Source of the DNA: the human T2T-CHM13v2.0 reference genome, Homo sapiens
Assembly: GCF_009914755.1 (NCBI RefSeq)
Contig: NC_060933.1
Direction: 5' to 3' (one strand)
Length of the DNA: 64,000 nucleotides
Both the position numbers and the translations under genes were made by a program. The notes beneath the pieces are model-generated. The model saw nothing but the letters and a program-made list of their open reading frames with translations. It had not been told where the DNA came from and searched no databases. Shown piece by piece: positions 50,001-63,392 of the stretch. The first letter of the stretch is position 1; the number at the start of each line of letters is the position of its first letter.

Positions 50001-52072
50001 GAAAGTTCTAGCCAAAGCAATCAGGCAAGAAAAAGAAATAAAAGGCATTCAAATATGAAAAGAAGAAGTCAAATTATCTCTTTGCTGGTAATATGGCTCT
50101 GTACCTGGAAAACCCCATAGTGCTTGCCCAAAGACTCCCAGAACTCATAAGTGACTTCAGTAAAGTTTCAGGATACAAAGTCAATATACAAAAATTAATA
50201 GTATTTCTATATACTAATAACATTCGAGCTGAGAGCCAAATCAAGAATGCAATCCCATTTACAATAACCAAACACACACAAAATAAAATACCTAGGAATG
50301 CATCTAACCAAGGAGGTGAATGATCTCTACAAGAACTGCAAAACACTGCTTGAAGAAATCAGAAATGAGACAAACAAATGGAAAAATATTCCATGCTTAT
50401 GAATTAGAAGACTCACTATAGTTAAAATGGCCATACTGCCCAAAGCAATCTGCATATTCAATGACATTCCTATCAAACTACCAGTGCCATTTATCAAAGA
50501 ATTAGAAAACAACATCCTAAAATTTATAGGGAACCAAAAAGAGCCCAAATAGCCAAAGCAATCCTAAGCAAAAAGAACAAAGCCAGAGGCATATCATTAC
50601 CTGACTTCAAACTATAATATAACGCTACGGCATGGTACCAGTACAAAAACAGACACAGGCCAATAGAACAGAACAGAGAACCCAGAGATACAGCCACACA
50701 CCTACAACCATCGAATCTTCAACAAAGTCAACAAAAATAAGCAATGAGAAAGGACTCCCTGTTAATTAATGGTGCTGGAATAACTGGCTAGCCATACACA
50801 AAGAAACTGGACCCCTACATTTCACCATATACAAAAATTAATTCAAGATGGATTAAAGACTTAAATGTAAGACCTCAAACTATAAAAACTCAAGAAAACC
50901 TAGGAAATATCTTTCCGAACATCTCCTTTGGCAAAGAATTTATGACTAAGACGTCAAAAGCAATTGCAACAAAAAATCAGACAAGTAGGATCTAATCAAA
51001 CTAAAGAGCTTCAGCACATCAAAAGGAACTATCTACAGAATAAACAAACAACTTACACAATGGGAGAAAATATTCACAAAGTATGCCTCTGACAAAAGTC
51101 GAATATCCAGAATCTATAAGGAACTTAATTCAACAAGCAAAAAACAAATAACCCTTTCAGCTGTTCATACTTTCAAGAGAAATAAATAAAAAACAAATAA
51201 GAAATAAAAAACAAATAATCCCATTAAAAAGTAGTCAAACAGTATGAACAGACACTTCTCAGAAGGACATACAAATGACCAGCAAACATATAAAAAAAAT
51301 TTAATCATCACTGATCATCAGAGAAATTCAAATCAAATCCATAATGAGATACCATCTCACACCAGTCAGAATGGCTTTGTTAAAAAGCCACAAAATAACA
51401 GATGCTGGAGAGGCCACAGAGAAGAGGGAATGCTTATGCACTGTTGGTGAGAATATGAATTAGTTAAGCCACTGTGGTCAGCAGCTGGAGATTTCCCAAA
51501 GAACTAAAAATATAACCACCATTCAACCCAACCATCTCATTACTGATCATATACCCCCCCCAAAATTGTAAATCATTCTACCAAAAAGAAACATGTATTT
51601 GTATGTTCATTGCAACACTACTCACAATAAGAAAGACATGGAATCAACCTAGGTGCCCATCAGTGGTGGACTGGATAAAGAAAATGTGGTACAAATACAC
51701 CACAGAATACTATTCAGCCCTTAAAAAGAATTAAATCAAGTCCTTTGCAGGAACACGGATGCAGCTGGAGGCCATTATCCTACATGAATTAATGTAGGAA
51801 TAGAAAACCAAATATCGAATGTTCTTACTAAGTGGGAGCTAAACATTGGGTACACACTGACATAAAGATGAGAACAATAAAACTGGGGATGACTAGAGGG
51901 GGGATGGAAGGAGAGGGGCAAGGGCTCAAAAACTACCTATCAGATACTCTGCTCACCGCTTGAGCAGTGGAATCATCCATACCCCAAGCCTCAACATCAC
52001 ACAATATACCCATGTAACAAACCTGCATGTGTACCCCATGGATCTAAAATAGAAGCTGACTTTTTTAAAAAA
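47040..52072 (+). mobile_element. L1 (L1PA15/16-like): 5'UTR missing, decayed ORF1 + ORF2 + 3'UTR
   Basis: ORF1 remnants ~47050-47960. ORF2 EN/RT remnants include [32 protein letters not shown] (49436 ORF) and [32 protein letters not shown] (50093 ORF), with many stops and frameshifts. 3' end catgtaacaaacctgcatgtgtacccc. Confidence 0.95.
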
Positions 52073-52411
52073 GGAAGGCTAGCACTGAAATCTTTATCTA
52101 GTAATGGAAGCAATGATTATAAAATACTCATATGCTTTCAGAAAGCAAAGAGGTGGCAGTAATCCTGTCTTATTGACTGTATATTCTGAGCTAGGCATTA
52201 TATTAGGCATTTTCCACATTACAACCGCTTTTGAGATAAATATTATTATATGAGAAAACAAAATCTTAGAAAAGTCATTTAACTTATAAAGATACACATA
52301 GCTGTACTATGTAATTAGAAAGGTAATTGCAGAAGCTAAGATTCAAATCCAGAGGTTGTACTCAGTCCACAGACACTGCCGTAAGAGCCCTTAGCATCTG
52401 AGGGGTGAAAA

Positions 52412-52904
52412 TGGTATTAGGCAGAATAATGACCTCCTAAAGAGGTCTACATATCTAATCCCCCAGAACCTGTGAAAATGTTAGGTTTGTGGCAAAGGAG
52501 AATTAAGGTTGTAGGTGGAAATAAGGTTGCCAATCAGCTGACCTTAGATGACAGACTATCTTGTATCGTCCAAGTGAGCGCAGTGTAATCACAAGGGCTC
52601 TCAGTGGGAGAGGGAAGCAGAAGAGTACCAGAGAGAAGACAGTATAAAAAAGACTCTGTCTGATGTTACTAGCTTTGAAGATGGCCACAAGCCAAGGAAT
52701 GGAGCATCTGGAAACTGGAAGAGACAGGGAAATCAATTTCCTTTGAGCCTCCAGAAGGAATGCAGCCCTGCCAACACCTTGATTTTAGCCCAGTGAAACT
52801 CATCTAAGGACTTCTGACCTCTGCAGCTATATGATAATAAATATGTGTGGTTTTAAGCCACTATTTTGGGTAATTTACTACAGCAGCAATCGGAAACTAA
52901 TACA
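52412..52904 (+). mobile_element. MaLR LTR (MLT1D/E-like)
   Basis: aggcagaataatgacctcc...gaattaaggttg...cctccagaaggaatgcagccctgccaacaccttgattttagcccagtgaaac...gcagcaatcggaaactaataca. Confidence 0.85.
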
Positions 52905-53339
52905 GGATCCTTCCAAGTTAGAGAAAGAGCAGAGACTTACCTCAGAATTGGGCTAGGGTTAGCCCTGCCAAATTTAACCAAGTGACTGCCACATACATCA
53001 CTGGAATTTGAGGTGGGGGAAGAGTGGTTTTTTGTTTGTTTTCTGTGAAACAAAAATTCATGTGACTTGTGTATGTAGAACAGAATCATGGAATCCATGT
53101 GACCTGGGGATGTAGAACAGACACATGGAAAACTCTAGCTTTGGTGGAAGTGACCACTGATGGAAAACAAACCCTGCCTCCAATTTGGCACATGTGGAAG
53201 ACTGGACATCACAGATGCTACACAATTAAACACATGAAAAGATTCTCCACAAGTCATTTGCAGCAGACACCCTTGGTTTCCCATTCCTTCCTTTCTCCCT
53301 TGCTTCCCAGAGACTCAATTAAGGTTGGCTCTCAGGCAG

Positions 53340-53836
53340 CCAAGTACTTCAGCACTTGGCCACACCCAGTGCTCAGTGGATGACACTTGATTAATCTCAG
53401 CTAATTGTGTTAGTTCCATTCTTCTTAAGTGGTTTAGAAGAGAGCATTCAACATAATCTTGGACATGAGGCAGAAAACAAGGTCTGCAGAGACACTTCCA
53501 GAAAAGTTTTCCCTTATTCTTCAGAACCACCATAAGGAAAAGCTGCTTTCTTTTCTGGCTTTGGATACTGGTCTCTGTTGGGAGCTGCTGCAGAAAGCTG
53601 GCACACAAATAGAGGCATGCCTGACAATAAAAGCCAATATGCACTGTGAATGGCAGAGTAGGAAAATGAAAAGACTCTGGGTTTTTAATAATGTTATTGA
53701 GCCACTGAATTAGCCAACCTTGGACCTTGCCTAATTCTAAAGTTATTTTATATGAGACATAAACGGCCATTATTGTTTAAGTCATTCGAGTTGGGATTCT
53801 CAATTACTTGCAACAGAAAGCATCCTAAATGATACA
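53340..53836 (+). mobile_element. Old MaLR LTR (MLT1J-like)
   Basis: Ends ttgagccactgaattagcc...ttgggattctcaattacttgcaacagaaagcatcctaaatgataca. Confidence 0.7.
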
Positions 53837-53842
53837 ATGGAA

Positions 53843-53938
53843 AGTAAATCAGTCATCAGTCTTCATGCAATATTTACTATGTGTGGTTTGAGTAAATCAG
53901 TCATCAGTCTTCATGCAATATTTACTATGTGTGGGTTG
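53843..53938. repeat. 48-bp tandem duplication (47/48 identical)
   Basis: agtaaatcagtcatcagtcttcatgcaatatttactatgtgtgg(t/g)ttg twice. Confidence 0.97.
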
Positions 53939-55614
53939 GTCTCCTCTTCTGTTCTGGCCAAATGTGACTTGAGCTATTCCCAGTGGAAAGGAACCATCAT
54001 TACCACTGACCTCATTAAAAGATGATGCATCTGTGTGTTAGGACTACTTAATTCTTGAGTTAAAACTTCATGTCTAAGATTTTCCATCCTTAAAGGTTTG
54101 GATTCATTCAGTAAGTGTGAAAGCAGAACCTCCATTACAGTTGATATCTACTAGAAGGGAGAGATTTAGGTACCATTAGACAACAAGAAACCAAGAATAT
54201 CTACTCTTGCTAGGTTCTGAAGCTTATTTGTGTGTGCTCAAGCACATATAACTTTTGCTCAATGGCAAAAGAAAGCAAGTTCATACTTTTTTATTCACTG
54301 GGCTTAGGCCCTAACTCCCAGTATAAAACTCCTTGGTAAACTGAGCATGAACCCCTTGGCTTGGGTACAGGGACCTACAGGGAGTCTCTGAAGTTGAATC
54401 CCACCTTCAGCCTTCCATTTGGCGAAAAAAAGAAAAGAAAATTAAAGAGATCAGTGCTCCCAAGTACACACTGGTGGGAGAAAAAAAAAAAAAAGAATAT
54501 TGGGTAGCCTGGCCATATTGCAAGAATATTGCATAAAATATGAAGACAGAAGAGAGTCACACCTAGGTAAGTGGTCTTTTTAATGTGGAGAAACCCATTG
54601 GACCCAGTAAATACGGTCTCAGTAGGGTCATAAAATGTGACCAATAAGATTAGCACTCCACCTCCAAAGGAAAGGAAAGCAAATATAAAATGGGAAGCTG
54701 GCAGAGGTGTATGAAATAAGTTCCTTCTCAGTATCTAGTCTTTGAAATCTCTAAGGCTTTCCTTTTATAAAATGGTCAATATTGTACTACTCTTAAAAGG
54801 TAATGCAAACTTTATTCATAACTGATTTTTACTTTACCCTAGGCTTGGATATGCCTTAGGAACTATTATATTTGTAAGCATTTATTTCCCACGGCTCTGT
54901 GAAAAAGTGAAAAATCATAATTGCAACCAAGTCCAGACAACATGGAGAATAATGATGCAGTTAAAAATCCTTTCTAGAGTGCTGCCTCATTATACACAGA
55001 TGGTGTCTATATGGTGGCTAACATACCCATGGGACAAAACAACTGGCCTTACTGATTTTTGAGCCAAACTTCACTTTGGGGGATTTGGTGGAGTTTTTTT
55101 GGCCTCCACAACTTCAAGTATCCCAGAATCCACCTGTGTGCAGTTTGAGCTCTATCCTAAACCATGAAAGAGGCCAAGAGAATTGTAGGCTTCAAAAAAA
55201 AACCTGGTCTCCTCCCTCAGAACTCATCAGCCATGCTGGACTCTTTCACCAATGCCCATGAAAGCCCATTTTCTCATTCCGACTTTTATTTTCATTGCAG
55301 TCTTTTCATAGGTTAGCAACTAAAATGAATATTCACTACCTTTGCATGAAACTCTTTCCTCAGTCTTATTCTATATTACCTTTCTAGATTAGATGATATT
55401 CTTGAAGTCTCTGCTCCAGCCAAATGATTACTTTCACATACTATACTGTCTCCTATAAATAGCTTCTGTATTACTCATTCTATTCTTTTTCTTGTTCTAT
55501 ATTTTTAATGCCTAGTATATTAGCAATAGAAACATCCTTGAAAATGATCCTATCCAAACTATTCACTCTCATCCTAGGAAACTTAGTCTCAGAATTACTG
55601 GAACTAGAGAACAT

Positions 55615-56070
55615 AGTGTATGCCTTTGCAGCATAAAAAACCATCACAAAACTTAGCAACTTAAAAACAATGACTTAGTATTTTTTAAGATTTTGTGGGT
55701 TGGTCGGGATTTTTTTCTATGATCCCTTACACAGTTGTATGCAGCTGGAGGGTCAGCTGGACAAGAAGATCTAAGATGACCACACACAAGTAGAAGTTAG
55801 CATTGCTGTGAGCATTAGTGTCTTGGTCCTCTTCTGCTGACTTATCCTCCAGTAGGCTTCCTTATATGGTGGTGTCAGGGCAACAGTTCAAGAAATGAAA
55901 GGTGAAAGCTATAAGGCTCTTGTGGCCTTGACTGTAATGCATATAATTTTACCACCACTACATTCTACTGCTTAAAGCAAGTAACAAAGCCAGCCCTATT
56001 CAAAGGTGTGGAGAAACAGACTTCAACTCTGGTTGAGAGGAGCAGCGAAGTCATGTTGCAAAGTGGAATT
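55615..56070 (-). mobile_element. MaLR LTR (MLT1F/G/H-like)
   Basis: gcagcataaaaaaccatcacaaaacttagcaacttaaaaacaa...cattctactgcttaaagcaagtaacaaagccagccc. Confidence 0.7.
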
Positions 56071-57431
56071 CATACCAGATGGGAGGAACTGTGAACATTA
56101 ATCAATCTATCACACAAGACAAGAAAAGGACCAATTATCAGGCTGCACGGATACAGAATCCATGGAAACCTAAACACAGGCTCCTTAGAATGCTTCAGCC
56201 TAGGGACAAGATGGGATCCAGGGTCCAATGTATAGGGAGCCAAGCAGATCATTACAATACTGCTTTACCATTGCGGAGTATGGTCTTATTGCATTTGAAA
56301 AGGCAAGACCATAAGATACACTATCACTGAGGGAAAGCCAGTAGAGATAGTTCCACCCATGTTGAGAGTAACTAGGGGAAGTCTCCATGTTCCTGAGTCT
56401 GGTCAACTGTTTTTTGTACCACCAAATGCATTTGTCAACATGCTAAGATCAGGTTGGTATCCTGGAGATTGGACCGTGCTAATCAAACACAGGAGTATGA
56501 AGAAGGCATTTGTATAAAGAACACGGCCCTAATTTGCAAAGACAGAATCCGTTAGAGGGTTTGGATTCTTGAGCACCTGCTGTAAAGCAACATGAAAATC
56601 CAATTCATATTCAAAAAGTAACTTGGTAATAATTGGATCCAAGTCAGGGAGCCATGTGGTGAAATGAAAGGAGCATGAGCTGGATTTAAATCGTGTCCCT
56701 TTCAACTACTAACTCTAAGACTTCCGCAACCTCTCTTTGCAGAAGTGTTTTCTCTCTCCAATCCTTGGTTTTGTCATCTGGACAATGAGCATAATTATAT
56801 TCACCTGGAAGAGCTGCTATAAAATTAGAAAAGGCTCTAGAACGTCGTAGTGTGCAAGAAATTATAAGTATAAAAAATAGAGTGCTTAATACTATTGTAA
56901 GCCATTAATAAATACACACTTTAATATCAGAAAACACCAAGCCCTAGTTGCTGGGTCATACAGTGAGGACATCCTGCCTCCTGGACTCTGATGGGACACT
57001 GTTAACATGTTGAGAGAAATCCAACTCAACCTTTAAAATGTTGCATGCCACCCGCTCTGTCAAACCTTCTGAGCATCCATTGTTTCCATTCTTAATTATG
57101 ATTCATATGTTTGTAAAGGACTTGGAAGCAAAGAGAGACATGCACAGGAAGTGCGAATCAGTCTCATAATTTTCCATGACCTGAATGGGACGTACCCACT
57201 GAGGTGTGAGGTGTGAATTGTTATTCATCTGATCTCCCAAGGATGAAGATGTCACTAATGGGGTTTTATTGTATAGAGTTTACACAGCAGTCTTAATAAA
57301 AACCACATCGGAGGTGATTTTCCCACCCCAACACCACTACATTGCAATTTAAAGTTAAGATTAATTTTCCACCATGATTCAAGGAGGATCAATGTTCTGT
57401 CAAATAAAATGGCAATAGAAAACTAGGACAG

Positions 57432-57739
<308 letters not shown>

Positions 57740-58219
57740 AGGACAGGTGAACAAATACATAATTTTTTAAAAAATAAAAACAATTTGCTTAAAATTATAT
57801 TTCATATTTAATTAACTTCATTTTCCTTGTTTTTTCCAAAACCAATTTATTCAGTAATGTATTATTTCTTATTTTGTCCTCTTTCAACAGTTCCCCTCAG
57901 TTTTATATTCTTGCTGAAATAACAGAAGATGCCAATCATTTTGATGATCACTTCAGCAATTAATCTTCACACTAGAAGCAGAAAAAAATTAGTATTGTGC
58001 AGTCTGGATTTATCTACTCAAACCTTCAATAAGGAATAGGCATCCACATCTTCACACGTTACTTGTGGGGAAACTTCCCATCATTATGGAAACATTGATC
58101 CTAAATGAGCCTTGTTCTAAGTCATACTAGAAATCTAGAAATTCTCTGGGGCAATGGAGGAGATTAGCCAAAGCCAGGTAACACTGGGATTGAGGGAAAG
58201 CTCACTAGTCAGCTATCCA

Positions 58220-58402
58220 GGTCACAGAATAAAAATCGATCACAGGTCACAGAATTAAAAAGAATCAATCACAGAATCACAGAATCACAAATTGATCACA
58301 GAATCAAAAGTGATCCAGATCACGAATCCATCACAGAATCACAGAACCCCAAATCGATCACAGATCGAAGAATCAAAAGCAATCCAGATCACAGAATCAA
58401 AA
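58220..58402. repeat. Degenerate tandem repeat built on (A)TCACAGAATC
   Basis: Multiple tcacagaat/atcacag units are directly visible. Confidence 0.85.
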
Positions 58403-58451
58403 AATGAAATCTGTGCTCCCTTTAGATCAGAATTTTTAACCATGGTAGGTA

Positions 58452-58843
58452 CTTGCCTTAGTCTTTTTGGGCTGTCATAACAAAATACCATAGACTGGGT
58501 GACTTAAACAAGAAAAATTTATTTTCCCACCTTTCTGGACGCTAGAAGTTCAAGATCAGGGAGCCAGCAGGGTGGCGTTCTGGTGAAGGCTCTCTTCCTG
58601 GCTTGCAGGCAGCAGCCTTCTTGTTGTATCCTCATGTGGTCTTTCCTCAGTGGGTGCATGTGGGAAGAGAGCAATCTCTCTCCACTTCTATTAAGGGCAC
58701 CAGTTCTTTGAAATTAGAGTCCCACCCATATGACCTTATTTGATTGTAATTTCCTCCTTAAATGTCTTATCTCCAATTACAGTCACATTAGAAGTTAGAA
58801 TTTCAACACATACATTTTGAGGGGCAAAGTTCAGTCCATAGCA
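58452..58843 (-). mobile_element. MaLR LTR (MLT1A0-like)
   Basis: tgccttagtc...cataacaaaataccatagactgggtgacttaaacaag...gaagttcaagatcagg...ttcagtccatagca. Confidence 0.85.
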
Positions 58844-60607
58844 GTGCTCGAAAAATAAGTAACTGACAAGCAAGTCAAGGCATGAAGGCAAGGAAAAATG
58901 GGCAACTAATTCTGTTTAACCCAGCATATAGGCGAATGAAAGGGGAATATTGAGAGCTATGATTGGAAGGCTAGGTTGGGACCAGATGGAGAGGAACCCT
59001 GAATTTCAGAGTAAGCAAATTTACTTTACCTTATGGGTAACTGGTTAGATAAAGAAGGTTTTTGAGCAGACAAGCACCATGGTTAATGCTGCACTTCAGA
59101 AAAAGTGTGATGGCAAAAGTATGCAGAATAACTTTGCAAGGAGATCAGAGGAAGGGAGACTAATCAAGAAGTTACTATAGTAGTTCAGTAAAGGGTTACT
59201 AAGAATGCTTAATCTTTACAGATTTGTTACTAAAAATGGGTATGGAAGATTTTTTTCTCTATTTGGCAGATGAGGAAAATCAACCTCTAAACCTCCAAGC
59301 CTCTGAGGATTAAGAGACCAAGTCATGATCACATGGTTGGAAAATTGCAGAACCCAAACTAGCATTTGGGACTTCTAACCCCAAGTTCAGTCTCTTCATT
59401 CAAATAAATACTGTCTAAGTCAAAAGAAAATGGATACTTTCCATATGGTTTCCATTCCTCTTAGAAGACAATTCTTATTCTTCTCCAATAAACTGAACAG
59501 GTTTTAAAAAGAATATATCTACTTGGTTTTCCAAGTAGAAAAAGGAAAATTGACTTAAATTCCACATTGACAGAAACCTGACCATCATGGTTAAGATGTA
59601 GGTTCCAGTAGGCAGGTGAATCCAAATCCTGCCTGGACCCATGTACCAGTGTGACTCCCTAAGCCTCATTCGTTTCATCTGTAAAATGGAGAGAACATGC
59701 CATGAGATCATACATGAAAAGTTCCTGCTGCATAACAAATTTCAACAAATACGAACCATGGTAATTAAATGTACATTTCTCTGTACCTGGTATTCTTAAC
59801 TATATCAAATAGGAACACATATTTCAGTTGTTTAAGCAGCACAAGTTTGGTGAATAGACTTCATGCTGGTCTTTAGAATCAAAAATGGTTTGTATAGCTG
59901 GAAGAATAAGTCACCTGTTGCCAGGGAGAAGGCAGGAGGCTTACTTTAAACAATGAAAAAAAGGAAAATGTTTCTCTGAGTATTTTTGTTTAATTTCAAA
60001 TATACAGTCTGAGAGGCTAAGAAAATCCTTGTCTCTCAAAAAAAAGAACATATATCTACTAGAAGGTCAGGCTTGTAGATTCAGTCTTTCAGTGGTATAT
60101 ATTTATGCTAATTTGTGAAGGTACATTCTGTTGATTACAAATAAAATTATTTAGCTTGGTAGTCAAGTGCAGGAAGACAAATATCAAATCTCAGTAGCTA
60201 CACTTCCAGCTGTTTCGCAAACAGAGATAAAAGATAATCCCTGAAGAAATAGCATTCCTTTCAAGATAAAAATCAAATTTCAAGTGCATAGTGTTCAATA
60301 GGAGAAGCCAGATTCACTCCAAAAATTTCCAATAATTGGGGTTGAATAATATTTATAAGAAGAACTTGTGCACTGTGTTGAAATTGACAGGAGTGGTACT
60401 TTTTGGCTCAGCATGATGTTAATATCAGTAATTAAGGAAAAGCTTCAAGAGCATCTGCAAAGTGTTTAGTTTGATAAATCTCTTTGCAAGTAAATTTACT
60501 GAGCTTCATCATTTTTTCCAACCAAATACACATTTTTTAAAATTTTTAAGGTCATATGGTGTCCCCTTTCATGACTTCTAAGCCCTACTGACACTTTTGC
60601 AATTATC

Positions 60608-60900
60608 AATACCACCACTACCACTTTCTCCATCACTTCCTCACTTCCAATCCCAGCTCTGCTCCCAGCTCACCATCTTCACCTCTAAAACCTCCATTAC
60701 TAGTTCCACCACCACAAACGACATCAGCTCTACCACCAATGGCACCAGTTCAGTCACCAATGTTGCCAGCTCCACCACTACCACCGTCATCCTCATCATC
60801 CCCATATCCATCTCCACAGTTCCTTCACCATCCTTACCAACACTGTCCACCAACCATCGCCACTCTGTCTACTATCTCCTCATCACAGTCACCACTAGTG
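60608..60900. repeat. Degenerate (CAC/CAT)n low-complexity tract
   Basis: Directly visible; it generates the spurious Thr/Ser-rich and Val/Met-rich ORFs. Confidence 0.9.
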
Positions 60901-63209
60901 TTCTCCTCTGACCTCTAGTTGTATCAAATGCTACAGACTCTTGTGGTTTCCCCTTCCTTCAACCCAAATTGTTTAACAGGGACAAGTGGCAATATTGAAG
61001 CTTAGTGATTGAGCAGTTAACCAGTTTATATTCATATGGTAAACTCAAACTCAGTATCTGCTGAACTGTTCATAATTTAGGATGGAGAATAATGTGCAAA
61101 TAAGTATAACTTTTTTTTATTTAGTCAATTTGCCACTGCCATTTTGATACCATGATTTTCTTTAGTGTGGCCATCATTTTTTAGGAATTTACGCATTCTT
61201 CACCTCTCCCTCACTCTCACTCTCCAATACATCCCTGAGAGAAGGTTTGAGCAAGAGAATGAGTCTTAGGTCTAGGATAAAACTAAATAGTTTGCACATT
61301 TGGTAATATTTATAATAAAAGTAGAAATTTTAATGATAAAAACGTACCTCAATCAAAGGAGCTACATAAAAATCACAAAGTCAAAAAAATTCCTGGAATC
61401 AGAAAGCTATGTTGAAACACCCACTTTGAACAATCTTTATTCATGTGTACACAATTAACAATGTGTTAAGCACCATGATACTACTAATGCATTTCCTGCA
61501 AAATATATTATCCAATTTTTCTAGTGACTCAGAACATAAACTCACATACAAATTGTTTCATGTCATTTAGAACATTTCCAAATCCACCTTATTCATGTGA
61601 AAAAAAATGGATCAGCTAATATTTCTCTGGCCAATCACTATGCTCACACATTATAGCCGAAAGTACTTTAACTTAAGAATCACTAATAACTCAAAGTGTT
61701 GCATTATAAAAAGATGTTACCTGATGAGAAGCAAATGGAAGAAAAAATATTTGGTCGATGCTAAGGAACAATTGTGCTGGATATCCTTTGTCAACTCCTC
61801 CCGTCCCCAGTCTACTCTCTAACTTTTTCTGTTCTGCATCCCAGGAGGTTGATCCTTATTGACTCATCACTTGATGAATCCCATCAGCTGGGTTTCCCAG
61901 TCAACTGGCTTCTACCTAGATATAACCAATTTCTCATCATTGCTGTGTCTGCGTGCCTCAACGTTTTTAACCCTGCTCACACATCTGAATACACTCAAAC
62001 CATTAGAGTCCCTTAATTTGAGCCATCTGGTATGAATTCTACCTTCCGATAGCACCCTAATTTAAACAACAATAAAAAGGAGATATGTTTTACTTTAAAT
62101 ACTTTGAGAAACGGTCATTAGCAAAATCTAGTATATATAGTAAAATACCTCAGCAGCCTGCTTAAAACTAGCATTAAGGAAAATAGTCCGGCAAGATTTT
62201 TTTTCCCCTGATGTATCTATCGCTCCACTTGTAACTTCACCCTCAGCCCTGAATTAGAAAAGACAAAGGGAAACTAAACATCACATATGAAACTTGCTCA
62301 TCTCAAGCTACAGAGTAGGGACTTCAGATACAGTTCTACCTAGGCAGAGAATACTGTGCATTTAGAATGTCTTTGTGCCAAACCTCTTGAGAATCTAGGC
62401 ATGGCACAGAGAGTACAGAAGAGGAAATAAGCTTCACATTAAAAATCTCTTACATTTTTATGATGCCAGAGTTTCCAAAATGCTTTTGCATTTTTCATAT
62501 TCTTTAACTTAAATATTGCATAATTAGGAAATCAAACTGTAACAGTCAATGGAGAAGGCAAACCTAAAAGGAAAAAGAGAACATTGAATAATAGTTTTAT
62601 TATAAAAGGTAAATAACATTTAGAGAGTCAGTATACAGGGCAATCTCATCTAATGCAATTGTCCCAAATTTGTAAAAAAAAAAAAAAAATTGACTGTAAA
62701 GCAATTTTCTTTTAATCTAAACCTATTTTTCCATTGAGCCAAAGATGTGTTCCCCACAGGAAATATTTTAGCCCTAAGTCTAAATAAAAATCACATTTAA
62801 CAATGCTACAAACACCTTTAAAGTCAATTAACTAAGGGAAAAGCTATAATATTCTGACAAAACAATAATCACACTCAAAATAATTCAGAAAATACAAATA
62901 AAGTCTCCAGAATAACATTCCCTTAAGGACAAATCCACACAGAAGCAAAATCACCTGGAGGGACTTCAACATAAGGCAGCCACAGTTTAAAAAAATTAAA
63001 AACCCATGCTCTTATCTAAATCTACTTGCAATTATCATGGAGTAACATTTGAAAGACCCTGGGGAGGTCCCATTCAAAATTCTTTCCTACACTGCTGTCT
63101 AGCATTTCATTCCTGGTGCCTTATTTCTTTGGGTTAAATACCTTTTTCCCCCAGAGTCTTCTTTCAAACTAAAATATCCTTCAGAAGGATAACTTGTTGC
63201 ACCTTAGAA

Positions 63210-63392
63210 ACCATGTTCTTCAAATTGTAATCTTTGGTCCATCTACATCAGAATCACTACCAGTAATGCTTATTAAAAAATTCAGATTCTTACCCCAATC
63301 CTAGACCTTCTCAATCAGCATCCCAGGGATTGGTCTGGAAGTCTGGAATCCTAACAAGCTCCCAGGGGCATGTTAACATTTGAAAATCACTA
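63210..63392. mobile_element. MER5B-like MITE
   Basis: catgttcttcaaattgtaatctttggtccatctacatcagaatcac...tttgaaaatcacta. Confidence 0.7.

Noticed and set aside
47040-52072. L1 as an active element or protein source
   Set aside because: No 5'UTR promoter; ORF1 and ORF2 are broken by many stops and frameshifts.
58220-58402. CRISPR-like repeat/spacer array or other prokaryotic system
   Set aside because: Primate DNA; units are irregular, with no constant repeat, unique spacers or cas genes.
60597-60911. Mucin-like Thr/Ser-rich ORF
   Set aside because: Translation of a degenerate (CAC/CAT)n tract, with a non-ATG start and no exon context.
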